Assembly (NCBI GenBank): GCA_977020255.1
Contig: CDROCS010001869.1
Location: forward strand, 186,001-250,000
Direction of reading: 5' to 3'
Length of the DNA stretch: 64,000 nt
Source: Obrimoposthia wandeli
Taxonomy: Eukaryota
Part shown: positions 14,401-29,400 of the stretch, one piece after another
Numbering within the stretch: the first letter of the stretch is position 1
How the letters are laid out: every line of letters starts with the position of its first letter
Position numbers and translations under genes: made by a program
The notes under the pieces: model-generated
The model's database searches: none
The model's input: only the letters and a program-made list of their open reading frames with translations
Told to the model about the DNA's origin: nothing

Positions 14401-17400
14401 TTGAACTCACATGAAAAGGTTTTAGAGAAGTGTAATGTTTTACCATTGTCTATTTATATCCCAAATTTCAATTAATTCTGAGCGTCTAAGTTAGTAGCTT
14501 TTCTTTTTGCCTTTTAGTAGAGGAAGTGAGAACTAGTGGCCACCCCTAGCGATAACTCAAAAACGCACTATAGTACATCCATATTATAAGGTCATTGTCA
14601 AAAGTAGGTCACCTTTAGTTATAGTACACATATTTTGAGGGTCAAATTCATAAGTAGCTCATTGTGTGTTATAGTATGTATGTTTAGACCAATTTTGGTC
14701 TAAATTTATATTTTATTTAAACGCATCAATTTTTAAGCGCGCAAATTTAAAAACGTACTTTAATACGCTTATTTTTCAAGATCATTATTAGTGAAGGTCA
14801 ATTTTTGTTATAGTGCACATGATTTAATAGTCGAGGTCACATTTTAATATATTTACATGATAAAATACACTAGATAGAATCAAATAAAAGTTTGGCATAT
14901 AGTTACAATCTATTAAGTTAGGACATTCGTTACATCAGTTTGTTGAGAGTTTTATCGTATTATTATATTTTGAACAAAAATGTATTTCCTTATACAACAC
15001 ATTCAATTTGCAACTTTTCCCATTATCTAAAAATAGAACAACACAGCTTAGTGCTGGAATCTAGATATGTATGTTGGTAAAGATGATCAAAGAGATGCAC
15101 CATTACGTGAATTTAGGTGAAAAGTCATCGACGACATTTTTTTCGTATTTTACTTGGAACGAAATTAGCAGATAAAAATAAATCTACATTAATAACTCTC
15201 TCTATTAGCAAAAAAAATCTGGTTCCACAAAGGGAAGAAGCAACTTTGCAATGCTAAAATGTCGGAAAACTCGTAAATATAATGCAATGAGCATTTAGAA
15301 ACTATGTACAGAAATGTTTTAAATAATATTAATATAATTTGTGTTTTTTCATATACTTAAGTGTTTTTATTTAAAAGTATAAATGTGTCCAATGAACGCA
15401 TTATTTTCATGTGCAATATTTAATTTTTTAACATATATTTAACAATTTGTTGTCTTTACAAATTTGAATATTTATCTTAAGAACTTAAGCGCGTAATAAT
15501 TATATTTTAGTGATTGTGTAAAAGGGCTGGAAAATCCAAGTCAAACTTAATTTGAGTTTCTTTGTACATTTTTAGTAATTATATAATTTCAGAATTATCT
15601 TTACTGCGTATTGGATTATCTGTACATATTTGGGATTATCTTTCTTCTGGCATCAATAGATACAATTTTGGCGGTATACTGTGTCAGTTTTGCTTTCAAA
15701 GATATAATATCAGCCGAGATTTCATTCAGTTTTTCAATTATGGTAAGCATCACCTGAATGTCCGTTGGTGAATAGATTATAAAGTATCTACCCAAAAGGA
15801 GTCGAGTTTTCCTTTATTGTTAAACAAAATCTTTATTTACATATAGTTTTTGTTGTAAATATATCTTAATAAAACCGAAATTTGATATTATTTAAATAAT
15901 GTCATATTAAAGAGGAAAATGCATTGTCCAACACTTTTTATTCAAATTTAAGAAACGAACATTTTAAGTTTATAACTTTGATTTTTTAAATGTATTTTTA
16001 AAAGCAAAATTAATTTAAAGGTTATAAAAAATAAATATAGTCGATTTTTGGTAGATGGAACTAATTAAAACTACCCCTTGAAAATTGAAAAAAATCCAAA
16101 TCTATCTTTATTATTTGCATGACAATTTTTTTTAAATGTGTATATTTTTTATTATCGAACTTAAGATGTATTATTTTATAAAAAAGCAATGTTAACAAAA
16201 GTAGTTATATTTCACAAAGTCTTGCCAATTTACTCGTAGTTGAATTAAAAAAAAGTTAATATGTACATATGAAACATCCATGATAAAAGAATTTTTAAGA
16301 AAGGGAACATGCAGCGATTAAATAATTAAAATAGTTTAGTTAACAAAAAATGACATTTGTCCCCGAGAAAATAATTTGTTTACTTCGAATATATTGTGAA
16401 ACCAGGATGTAATGGTCTGAACTCGTATATATTTCTGAAAATCTGTTATGCAGATTTTAAGTATATTCCTCAGAATAAAGGTATTTGGAGTTCTAAGAAA
16501 GTTTCGTAGTGTTAGAGGTTTTTCATGAAAAATCTTCACAATTTTGGCAGCTGACATTTTAACATGCATTTTTTTCTATTTTATGAATGCAGTTTGACTT
16601 GATTTTGCATTCATTTTTTAATTATAAATTGTGTTTCTTTTCCCTTTCAGTTTATAAATGCCATTTCTTATTTTAAACTTTTTTAAAAGTATTTCTAGTT
16701 ATCTTTTCAATTCTGCTTTACATGGTATTTAAATTTTCGGGCAGTAAATGTTCAAAATTGAATTTTTTTCTCTTTTTAAACATACAAATTATATTTGGTA
16801 TTATAAAAATTGTAACATTAGGGTTATTGAATATTTTTGTTGATAAGTAAAACAATATAAAGTTTAGAGGATATTCCGTTATTGATTTGTAAAATTGGAT
16901 TTTTCTCTAATATTTTTTTGTAATTTAATTAATTGTACTCATACAATTTTGACTCTATAGGTCATTTTTATAATCTGCACATTTTATTTTTTCGTGAACT
17001 ATAGTTTATATTTATGGAAGAATATATAAATGTTCATCCAGCTTCTATAACAATTAATTCGGTACATTCTTGATATTTGTTTTCATTTAGGTTCCAATGT
17101 TTCTAATGTCCATTTTGGTTTTCTGTCCTTTACACATTATCGGTACTCTACACATAATATTCTTATCGATATTTCCATTCCTGAATCCCTGGATAACGAT
17201 GATGATGATAGACTTTGTGAGTGTTGACATGTGCTTATTTGAGGGACTTCTGAGTTTGTGGTAAAATTTCCCGACTTTTCCCTTAAAAAAATATTTGGTT
17301 TGAGAAAACTGAAATAATAAAAAGTCAAAACTCAATATTCTAAACAAAAACTAAAAGAAAACTAAATTCTTTCACATGATAAATTTAAACAATTCAATAT

Positions 17401-20400
17401 TTTTTGCTTTTATTTTCTTCAATCAAAACTTGCAAACAATCTTTGATCTAAATAAATATTTTTATTCGGTCAACTTTGTTGTTTTTATGTAAGAAATTTT
17501 GGAATTTATGCAAAATATTAGAAAGTTAGTTTAATTATATAGCACATAAATGTATTACTTATAAATACAAGAAGTAAATTTTACATAAGAAATATTAAAA
17601 AAGTTAATTAATATACTGGTTGACTCTGTCTGACTAGTAAAACATTTTCGGTGGGTTCGAACTTTACAGTAATTATTCACCTATAAGGGGTCCCACCTAT
17701 AAGGGTGTCCGGTCACCGAAAATTTCACGCTTCACCTATAAGGGTGCCCGGTGACATCTATAAGTGATTCATCTATAAGTGATTCGGTGTCGGTCTCTCT
17801 CAAAAACATGTTTTAATGAATACCCTTACAGGTGAATAATTACTGTAATCGAAGCAGTTGGACTGGCCTTTTTTCGAAATTCTTCAATCTCATTATTAGA
17901 ATATTGAAAACACTACGTATATTTTATTTATATCGTTTATACAAACAAAAAACTATAATATTTGTTAAAACTCAATTAATTTGAATTTGAAATTAGTTTA
18001 CATGCATTTATTTTAGCCATATTTATATTAAACTTGTTTTAGTAAAACCTAAGCAACAGCCGACAGTTTATCATCAATAAAGCTATTTCCTCGGAGATTG
18101 ATATTTCAATACAGATTTGCAGCAAGTTTGGTTCATGTACATTTTAATGCTTTGAAATGGTCTGTAATATTTAGGATTTAAATTTGACACTCATATATAT
18201 ATACATAGAACAAACATTAACGTATTACCAAGTAAATAAATATTTTAAATTGTAATTTTGAAGGGAAATACACAATAAAATTAAAAATATTAAGCTTTTA
18301 CTGTATTGTTTCAAACAATATATTTTTAGACCGAATTTAATAGAACAGTGGTTTCAAACCCTAGTGGAATACTAGGTGGATGTACTATAAAATTAAGTGA
18401 TATGATTATAATAACTAATTTCTCCGTATTCACTGTTTTAATACTGTATCATAACACGATCAATTTCCAATTGTTGGGTACAGAGTTATACATAAGCGCA
18501 AGCCGTGTAAAATGGTTGTATTTTTAGATCATTGGTTTCAGTAAACGGTATTTATATGAAAGATTCAATCAGATAAATTCGATTTTCTAACGTTTTTTGT
18601 ACGTTTAAACATTTTTATTTCCACATTACAGAGGACAAGAAGATTGAATCACTATTTGTACAATTCCTTCAAAATTGTCCGGGTTATGCCATTTTCCGAG
18701 ATGATCAAGTTTGAACCGGTTTTCAACTCCATTGTCGTAGTATGTCATTAGTTTATTTTACCATCTTACCATGATCTTCCTAGGCTTTTATACTGTATTA
18801 TATGTTTCTATAAATTTAATTATTTCTCATATAAGTATGTTTCAAAGTCTCGTCACCTAGAAAATAGATTATAACTTTTTAAATATACGATCAAATCTTT
18901 TTAAAAAATCTCAAAAGTCATTTATTGTTGTTGGATGAAAAATTGAATAATACTGAAATGAGGAAAGAGCAAATGGAGTAGTAGGACAAGAGGTCTGTCA
19001 AGACGTATAACTATGGCAACTTCTCAACACCTGAATAAGAACGCGTTGATTTCCTCTCTTTGGAGTTAGCTGCTCAGATAAAATCAGTACTTGATGTCGG
19101 GATTGGCCAAGATCATTGTACGGTGTTGCGGAGGCTTCTCTAAATGGGCAAAATGTATTTAGACAATAAGTTAAATGAAAAACTAAAGTAATTATGACTT
19201 GATATTTCAATAGAGTTAATCGCGTTGCACTCAAACAACAACTTTCTTAGTCAATGCAAAACAATTGATGAAGTGTGGGTTTATGGGGACATTCATGGAT
19301 CATTTGAAAATAAGAGTAGGAAATGAGACGCTGATGAACCTTTGCCTTCTGTTATGTCAGTGTTTCTTGATCGGGACCCACGAGTAAGCAATAGTAGTAA
19401 TGTTGCAAAATTTTGTCACATATCTTATATTATTTCAACATATTTAAAAAATTAAAAAAACATTTTTAGAGTTTACAATGTTACGTTACACCAATTTTTT
19501 ATAGAAATCATAACTATTATAATATTTTAATATTATTTTATTGTAATATTGTTGTATTATTGTTTTAATATTAACTTGTATTGATTTATAATTTCAAAAT
19601 ACTAATCCATGAAATATAATTAAATTAGAAAGAAAGACATTTTTAATGAATTTCCCATACAAGTTTTCTGCTTTATTTGACACATGGAGTGAAAATAATC
19701 ATTGTTCGTTGTGAATTAAATATTTTCTGCTTACAAAATCATTGAAATGAATTTAAGTCGTATAACTAAAGTACGTTCCTTTGTAAATTTGACACATTGT
19801 TTAATCAATGAAAGTAATATAAATAAAACCTGCAAATAATACATATATATCTGCTTATATACACTTGATTTTATCAAAAAAATAGACACAGAAGAACAAT
19901 TACATGAACCTTTCAATCTAACATTAGGTATGTCTGATAAACCGTCAGGTTTATGTGTCAAATGTTCATTATCTAAAGATATTAATTGGGAAAGTTACGA
20001 AAATATAGACGAAGAACGTTAAGCAGCAAAATTGCCTCTATAACATTATACATTAAAAAACCCTGCAACCTACAATAACATGTTTTCAAATTTACGTTTA
20101 CATAAAAAAATATCTTGTAAATATAAGTCTTAAATAATTTATTTGAAACTTCATCTGCTATTTTGGAAATAATCTATTTTTTACATTTTTTCTCAATTTA
20201 GCACAGCATCCACATCATTCTGCTGAGTTTCATATTCATTAGCTACAACACGTACATATTCGTATTCAAGACCAAACTTGAGCACCAGACCCTCACGGAA
20301 CTGATGAGAAAGCGGAAATTAAACGCTCAGTCTGTGTCTATTTCCGCCACTATAGAAGGTACGACGTTCTTCTTTAAATTTTCCGCGCTTCAATTATTAT

Positions 20401-23400
20401 GGACGTGGCAAAGGTAACCCACAAATAATTTTATGCTAGAAATCAAAATACAGCACGAGAAATTATATTTGACGTACTTGAAGCTGATATATTCTATCGG
20501 GTGAACAAATTTGTGCAAGATTCCATAAGAAGTTTAATCCCATAAACCAAAATTAAACATGATAGACCCAAAAGTAAAGAGTTAGGATCAAGTACAACTT
20601 CGATAGTAAATACAAATTGAGCAAAATATTTTGTTCATATAAATATATACATAATTAATAGAGATTTTATGTGATCACGATTTTCTACTATAAGCTTTTT
20701 CATTTACCTTTTAAATTTGAATCACTTCACTTGAAACTTCACTTTATATAGCTTCTGTAGGTAGATTTAAATGAATAATACTGCATTTCGTTTTGGTTTC
20801 TAATAGATTCCATTGTTGTAAACCTAAACCAAATATGTCAGCATGTCGGCAAGAAATATTCGAATCTCCTATTAAATAATTTACCTGACCTTCGCGAATT
20901 ATTAAAGATTATCTAGATATCGGCATTTGCATCCGTAATATCATTATATTATCTTCAGTATCTATCTCCGATATAGAAATTTGACAAATTTGTAGAACCA
21001 GCATTCCAGCATCATGTGTCACTGGCCTAATAGTGGACTTGATATTTGGGTGTTGTATCCGATGCTTCCTTTTGAAGATAATATGGTAAATTGTGGTATA
21101 CAAAAATAACAGTCATCGTGGAGACTTCTCTGTCCGGATCAAATTGGCACAAATACGTGCAGGAATAAGTTTCCTTTAGCCATCCTGTAGCATTTATGAT
21201 GAGTACAATTATTTTCCTGGTAAATAAGTAGGATTTTAAAATATTTCCGATAAGCTTCTCATCTAGTAGTATAAATAGTAGTATAAAGTGTCCGTTCGAG
21301 CTAAAAATAATAGGTTACCACAAGTATTTGAAAATTGACATGTCGATCAAAATAAGGCAACAAAAAATGCTAGTTTTAATGGACTCAGATTTAAGTTTGA
21401 TCTTAGATGGTTTTCTTTGAAAATACCAATTGCTTATAGTACGTCTGAAAGTCTAAAAGTTATAAGACCAACGTGTCCCTTAAAGCACATCAGCCATACA
21501 AAGCTCCTCGATCTGAATTTGGATAATCATCTATATAAAATGTACAAAAATATAACTATTTTGTAATTTACATTGCACCGAAATTATTCATTGAACGATC
21601 TTTAAACAGCTTTGAATATAACGAAGATACTTGAAAATTATTTACATTCAAAATGAAAATATCAATTAATTTTGGAAATTATAACAATTACTTTAATCAT
21701 TTTTAATAGATTTTTGCGCTTGAGTTCTTATTATATTTTTGATTTAATATAATGTCTAAAAACAAAATTAGCATGACAACGTAGATGAAGATGGTTTACC
21801 GGCAGCTTAGGTAAATATATCTGCGCAAGCAGATCTCGAAAAATCAAAATAAAGGCTTCACACAAGTCTTTGAAAAACGAAACGAAACAACCAATCAAAG
21901 CCATTAACTACTCAACTGAAGTTAGGATATATACATTTCTAGTCATTATTTTTGAAAGCAATGCTGACAAATATCAAAATCAAAAAACAGGCACCTAAGA
22001 AGACTCGGATGCAAGTTGGAAATCATGTTTTAAATCAAGCCAGCCAAACTAAGAAGACTACGGAGAGTTGCAAGGATCTTGCCAAACAACTCTTCGGTGA
22101 CTTATAAATGTAAAAGAAAATAAATCGCTCAAAATCAAGAAAGGAAACATTTTCTCACATTATCATTATTGCAAGATATGCCTCATAAAAATTCTATTGA
22201 AAATTGTTTAAATGAAATAATATTAAAATCAAAGTTTGACAGATTTTTTGACAATTAATTTAAAGGGCCCTTTATAATATAAACTCTACGAATAAGCATT
22301 TCAAATATTCAATCCCTCCCATTAAATTGTTTTTAGATTTTAGAAAATTTTAAGTTTGTTTGTATTTTTTTATTGTTATTTTTGTAAACCAGTTTTCTAA
22401 TAAAATATTTATTATTTTTAAAATGTAGCTATACTTATTAATGGAAAAACGTAGTGTTGTTCACTAAAAATTTAAACTTTTGGGGGCCCGTGAATTTTGT
22501 TTTTCAGATTTCGGGAGCCGTATTAGGAAAAGGTTTGAGAAGCAGTGCTTTATATTACTGGTAATATTTCTTTTTTCTAATGTAATTGAACATTATACAC
22601 CAACATAATAACAACGAAAACAAAACTTTACGACAAAGCTAATAATAGCATTTTATGCCCGAAAAATGTTTTTATTAGATTGTTTCATTTTTGTACCTAT
22701 ATTGATATAATTATGAAATATTCCAATTCAGATTTCGTCAGAAATGCTAACACTGATCTTATTAATAATCGAACTCTTGTTGAAGATCTAACGAAAGAAA
22801 ACAAGGATGTAAGCTTTGAATTTCTAAATCAACATTTCTGGAGACAATTTGGCTAACGAATGGCATTGTTTTTATATTAATTTATTTTAGTAACTCTTTT
22901 TTGTTGATAATCAGTATTGGCAACATAATTAAACAAACACTATTTTTGCCGGCATTTGGTCGAAGGTAGCAGGAGAAAAGAGCAGTAATTGACAGTTTTG
23001 GAGAGTTGCATGAAAATACAGACGAAATTATATCTAACTGGAAGACAATAGTGTAAGGGTACTGACTAACCTAGAAATAGCCAAGATCTTAACTCTCTTG
23101 AAAATCTTAGGGCAGATAGAAATAAAACGTTGAAAATATGAAAATATAGCAAAAAACAGCAGCTCATATCTAGAATAAATTATTATTGAAATCACGACGT
23201 TGTTATCCAGTAACCGCTTAGCTAATTTATCGAATCAATGCCCCGTAGAAAGCAAGCAGCATAAATAAATAAAACAGTAATTGCAGAAAACTTATTTATT
23301 ATAGTACAATAAATAATTATTGTTATTAAAATTAATTAATTGAAACAATTACTTAAAGGCAAACTATTATTTGTCCGAACATTTTTAAATGCAATTTACT

Positions 23401-26400
23401 TTTTTTAATTTTAAAATAAACACATTACTGAAAATTATCACTACAACATAAACTTATTTAAGAAACTCCAAAGACTTTTTGGATGTATTTCATCAATATA
23501 AATCAAACATGTTCTTTAATAAAATATTTTTCAATTAAAATTTATAAAATAATTAATTTTTGCTCAAAAATCTTCATATAAATTTAAACACTTTATAAGC
23601 ATTTTTCTTTAAATATTATAATTGGACATTAAAATTATCATGAAACTGCTTTAAATTAAATCAGATGTCATGTTGGGTGAGATGATATCGGCTATGCAGT
23701 TTAATGAAGTTCAATGACTCCTAACATTTTGAGGTTCAACGTGAAAGATTGACTGGAATAGAGCAGGAAAACAACTAATAAATTGCAGCAGAATAAGGGG
23801 AAATATGTGTACTACACTGTGCAGATAGATAAAATCGATAATACACTCTGGTGGAGGCTTTTCAAACCAGTTGACAGAACCAGTAATTCGAAGAGGAAGT
23901 GTGTTTTATTCTATGATCATTCTCTCTGCGTGTTAGGTGAAAAACATCACATCTGTGGCATGTGACCTCACAAAGATCTACCACACCCTAAAGAGTCTGG
24001 TTCCACGCAAGATGGAGGCCACGGTTGCCATTAACAACATCAGTCTGATCATCAACAAGGGAGAGGTTTTCGGGTTGCTGGGACCCAGCGGAGCTGGCAA
24101 GACGACAACCGTCAACTGCATCAGTCAGCTGGAGCAACCAACTTCCGGAAAGGTAGACAAATAACGCTGCGCATTCCTTACAGCTCATCCATGTGACCAA
24201 ATTGTGCAAAATTGCTTAATTTTATAATATTATTTTATTTGCAAATACTGTAAACTATCAGAAAACTTTAAAAAACGAGTAAGAAAAGTAACAGATCATA
24301 TAATAAACATAACTTCTTACTCGTTTTTTAAAACAAATTTGTAATAAATTCCTTTTAAAGCACTCGAAATATTATTTACTAATTTTAAAAATCGAAACAT
24401 GAAACTTTTCAAAAATTAAATATTACTTGACATAAAAGTGGAAGACTAAAACAAATAAAATAATCTATTATGTCGATATTTAAATAAAAAATATATAACA
24501 GTAGCTTAATGTTACAAAACAGTGTCAATTTAATAAAATTTATTATATTTGAGTATTATTCATTCAAATGAACTATAATAATTTTGCTTTAAAACACGTG
24601 TCCTCCATAGACCGTAGGGTAATATTTTATTTCAAATTCTAAAATGATGTGAAATAATCTTTTAAATTATATGACATTTTTTTACAAATCAGTTTTGAAA
24701 TTCTTATTTAGTGCAATTAAGATGTGCAATAAGTATTTTTCTCTTTCTATCTGTTTCATACCTATATCAAATTTACAATGTTATACTTCATATCTTCAGA
24801 GACAAATGTTGTGTGAGGTTTAATTTGAGTAATAATGTAATTTGAACTATTATAAACTATTCAATAACACTATAAGGTCATATTACAACCTTATTTATTA
24901 GTGATCATCTAATGATAGATAATTGTTCTCATTTTCGTTTACAAAAACTAGCATAATAAGTGAACTACAAAAGAAACTAAATATTTTTTTAAATAATCAT
25001 CGAGATACTATAGAATAAATTCATAAAACTAATGATTATCATTCGGATTTAATACAGATTAAAGTTAAAGTTTGATACAATGAATAAAATGAACTTCGAT
25101 AAAAATATGCAACATACCGTATTTATCTGTATCAATAGGTATCCGTATAACTCAAGTATGTATTATCCTATTATAATGCAAACATTGTGGATTATAAAAT
25201 GTTAGTATTCGTAATTATGTTGTAATCATAATATTTTATGTCCAATTTATTGTTTCTACATTTTAGAATCGCAGGGTTTTCCAGTTTTCCTTCTCAAATT
25301 GTTCATCCCTATCAATTTACCCACTATATCTTTATGAGTTTCGCTTTTAAATGTAATCGCTCTATATCTACTCACTAATCGTTTGACATGTAATTCAGCC
25401 ATGACTATCGATTATATTTCATAATTAATGATGGTTTTCAAAATCAAAATTTAAATTCACATCTATATTAGTTTTCATGAATGAAATTTTGGATATGCAT
25501 TTTTCATTTATTACGCATTTATTAAATTTCTATGGTATGTAGAACCATTTTATATTGAAACTGTATTTAAAATTTGGTATGGATGGGAATCAAAATGGAT
25601 CATTTTTATGAATATAAATTAGATCACACAACAGTGGAAGCATTTAGGAATATAAGTATAGCGTTTGGTGAAGGTTCTGCTAATGAAAGAACCTCTCAAA
25701 TATGGCTTGAAAAGTTCGAGTTTGGCGTCACTGACTTAGAAGACCAAGTAGATTGTTAAGCTCTTATTACTATAGATAAAAATGACCTGAATGCTAAATC
25801 AAATTCTTATAGTTTCTATGCATCTGTCTACAATGAATAATGTATTGACACTAATTACAACAATTCGTGTTCCTTATAAACCAAAGGTACAACTCACATA
25901 ATCCATAAAATATGATTGACTGACACCACACCAGACACTCGCACACATTGATATACGTGTGCAATAAATAAAAAAACATTTAAATCTATAATAGAAATGT
26001 TAGCCTCTTATTGTTGGCTCATTCAAATTACTTCAAATCTATTGCTGATTAAGCAAATTTATTTAATCGGCAATCAATTATCAACAAATTCTGAGAATTT
26101 TTAAAAAAATGTGTGCCGAAATTCCATAATGTTCTGATAAATTGTTGCTAGTTTCAAACTGGGCTCCCTAAATGACAGCGAATGGCGGGCTGTGCCCAGG
26201 TTTTTGTGTACGATCAGCCCAAGGAGCAGTTTGTGTCGGGTCAATGTGCTTTGGCTACGAACATGATCGGGCTCTGTCCACAGACCAATCCTATCTGGCC
26301 CAATCTCACTGTTCGTGAGCACCTGCTCGTCTATGCAGCTCTTCGCAGCATCCCACGCTCTTTACGAAACAGCCACGCTGCCACGTGAGTGTGTGTGAGA

Positions 26401-29400
26401 TACTTATTGGATGAATAAGTTATTTTAAGATCTAACGTTGGGTTCAGTTTAAGTTGATAACCGGGCCCACCCAAACACTAGTTAAATTTTGAAACAAAGT
26501 GAAGCTCACTTATTTAGGGTCGTACAAAGGTTATGATAGGCACGGGATCAGATAATTTTTCAAGTCCTCAAGTACTTGACAAATCTGTTTAGTTTTCTGA
26601 TTTTTTTTCAATGTTTTTTCTTTTATTAGTTTCTTTATGTAACTGTTATTGATACTTGAAAATATTTAATTGACTAATGAATTCAAGCATTTCGATTATT
26701 ATTAAAATAACATTAATTTTGAAAATAGGACGACCTAAGTTTTGTAAGCCTATTTCACTGGGCTCCTCTGGCCACTCCTCCTATTTGATTTGCGCATATC
26801 ACATGATGGATTATATTTAAAACCATTTTTAAATGTTTATTTACTGATTTTTCTATTTTTGTATTTAAATTGATAAATTACTGCCACATACAAAATTCAC
26901 CCTGATCAACAATAGCGCCCTGAATTATTAATATGGCTTTAACAATATTTATATTGTTTTTTTCTTTGTGAATATATATTAAATATAATGGATTTTCTTA
27001 CACATTTTCTGTAATTACCCATTCTCAGGCGTTTGATATTTATATTTCAATTCTTGATTTTCTTATTCCAGGCTCATAAATATGGTGAATCTGAAGAGAT
27101 ACACCAATACATATTCTTCATCTCTTTCTGGTGGCTGTAAAAGACGGGTGAGAAATATTTTGAAAGTTCGCTGATTTTTAACAGTTTGTTTCGATTCAGA
27201 TAAACGTTAAAAACTTAATTTATTGCCAACTCAAAATTTTACTGTCAGATAAAAAATCAATATGACAAATATTTTGAATGGAAGATAAATATAATATTTG
27301 TAAATAACAGTCACTACTAAAATGTATTTTTATTATATTAATACAGCTTATTCAAGTTTAGTAATCCTATTAGGGAAAATTTCCTCATATTTATTGAAAA
27401 TTAAAAATAATTTTATCAAATATTTAAATTTGTGAAAATTTAAATGGCTATAAAATTATATAGCAAATATATTTTCAGCATTCAACATTATTAAACGGTT
27501 ATTATTATTTTTTAAAACTAAGTACATATCATTATAGTTTTTTTCTCCTATAACTAATTTATTTAATTAAATATCGGACATTTTTGAAAATGTTTAATAA
27601 TCACTATGAAACGAAAGACGAATTAATGCGTACGTTTTAAGATCTTGCATGTCATTTGAATATTGAAATTCAGTCGAAAATTTCAACACTTAATGAAACT
27701 ATTACTGATAGATATTTAGATATACTCACGACTAATGAAAATATATAATATCGACGTAATTCTTAATATTTGTTGTATTAATATATTTAATATTATCTGA
27801 TTTTTTTCGTCGAATTTTTAAATTATTTTTGGGTTATAAATAGTATTTCTAATATTCTAAAATTCCTACAATACTAAGGGAAATATCAAACATTAGAATC
27901 AAAATTATAAAATTAATGATTCTTATGCAATATATGTTAAATTTAATTGTATATAACAAGAAAAATTATTAAATGTTTTCCAAAAAAACAATTTTAATGT
28001 TTTATTCATTGATTTTACTTTAAGTAACAGTTCATTTAAAATAAAATGCTATACTTAATAGTTTTAAAATAATTGTACTTACTTTATAATATTTAATACG
28101 AAAGGCTTCCAATCTGAATGCTCGGAATTGAATAATATTTGATATACAGATAGATGATTAAATATCAACGTAACCAAAGGCTTTTCTGCGCTGCTCAAAT
28201 AGGCATATTTTTATACAAGCGAAACGAACCAAAATTTGTATATTTAATATATTTATAATATTGATATCTTTAAAAATCTATAATCTATAAAAATCGTCGT
28301 CTTCTATCTCAGTCCAATCAATAATGCAGAAAGCACTTTTTGATCGAAAATAGTCTTCAGGTAATAAAAAGATTTTGGAAAGTTTTGCTTCTACGTCGTG
28401 TGTCTTCTCTAGTTCCGCTAACTTCGCGAGGGTTGGTTCAGGGTCTACTATGGTTAAGAACTTCTTTATAATCGTGGTCTTCTTTTGACTTGATGGATTT
28501 CAGATATTTAAATTCTTGATTTCTCAAAATTTTGATATTAATCTTAAATGAAAAACTGGCCTATTTAAATTTATTTTACTGATCGTTTAATTAATTTACA
28601 TTCAATGCTTTATTACTGATCGTTAAATTACTTTAATGATGGTTTAATTTATTTTACTGACAAATAAATGAAATTACAAATAAATGTTTAAAATATGTAT
28701 TGCATAATTAAATAACTGATCAATATATATTATACTGATATAAATTAAAAATAATACTGTTCATTTAATTAAAATACTAACCGCAAAAAGCATTGCCAAT
28801 CATTATATACATATTGAAACAGAATATTTAGTTGTAACAATCAATTATTAAGTACGATCGATTACGAAAGCATGAAATACTTGTACTTCAAATAGATGCC
28901 ATTGTTGCAAAGAGTTAAGTGAGTCAGTTTGCCGTTTAAAAAGATTCAAATATTTTACTAACTTTTTCAACTAATCCCGCTTTGTTAATAAAGGTTCTCT
29001 AAACATCGGAATTTCGTAATTTGTATCCGTACTATTATTTTCCATGATAATTTCTTCAGTATATATTTAATTAAATCATGATAAAAATATTATAAATTCG
29101 TTTTCTAAAAAAGATCATAATTCAAACGATGGGATATTACAATAATTTTAGTCCAAATCAGAAAACATTTCATGCTGTGGTTTATTATTTGACTGAAAAT
29201 GTATTTTTAAGATCTAACGTTGGGTTCAGTTTAAGTTGATGCTGTGGTTTATTATTTGACTGAAAATGTATTTTTACATATTATTTAAGTAACCAGTTAT
29301 ATATTGTTACATAAATAGCAATTAAGTATGTAATTAAAATTTAATATTGTTGTTGAAATACATTATTAGTGTCTTTATATCGAATTTAGTATACATTGCG

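Noticed and set aside
17650-17662. GGTTCGAA B-box/tRNA T-loop-like motif
   Set aside because: No cloverleaf or A-box; an isolated motif beside a MITE.
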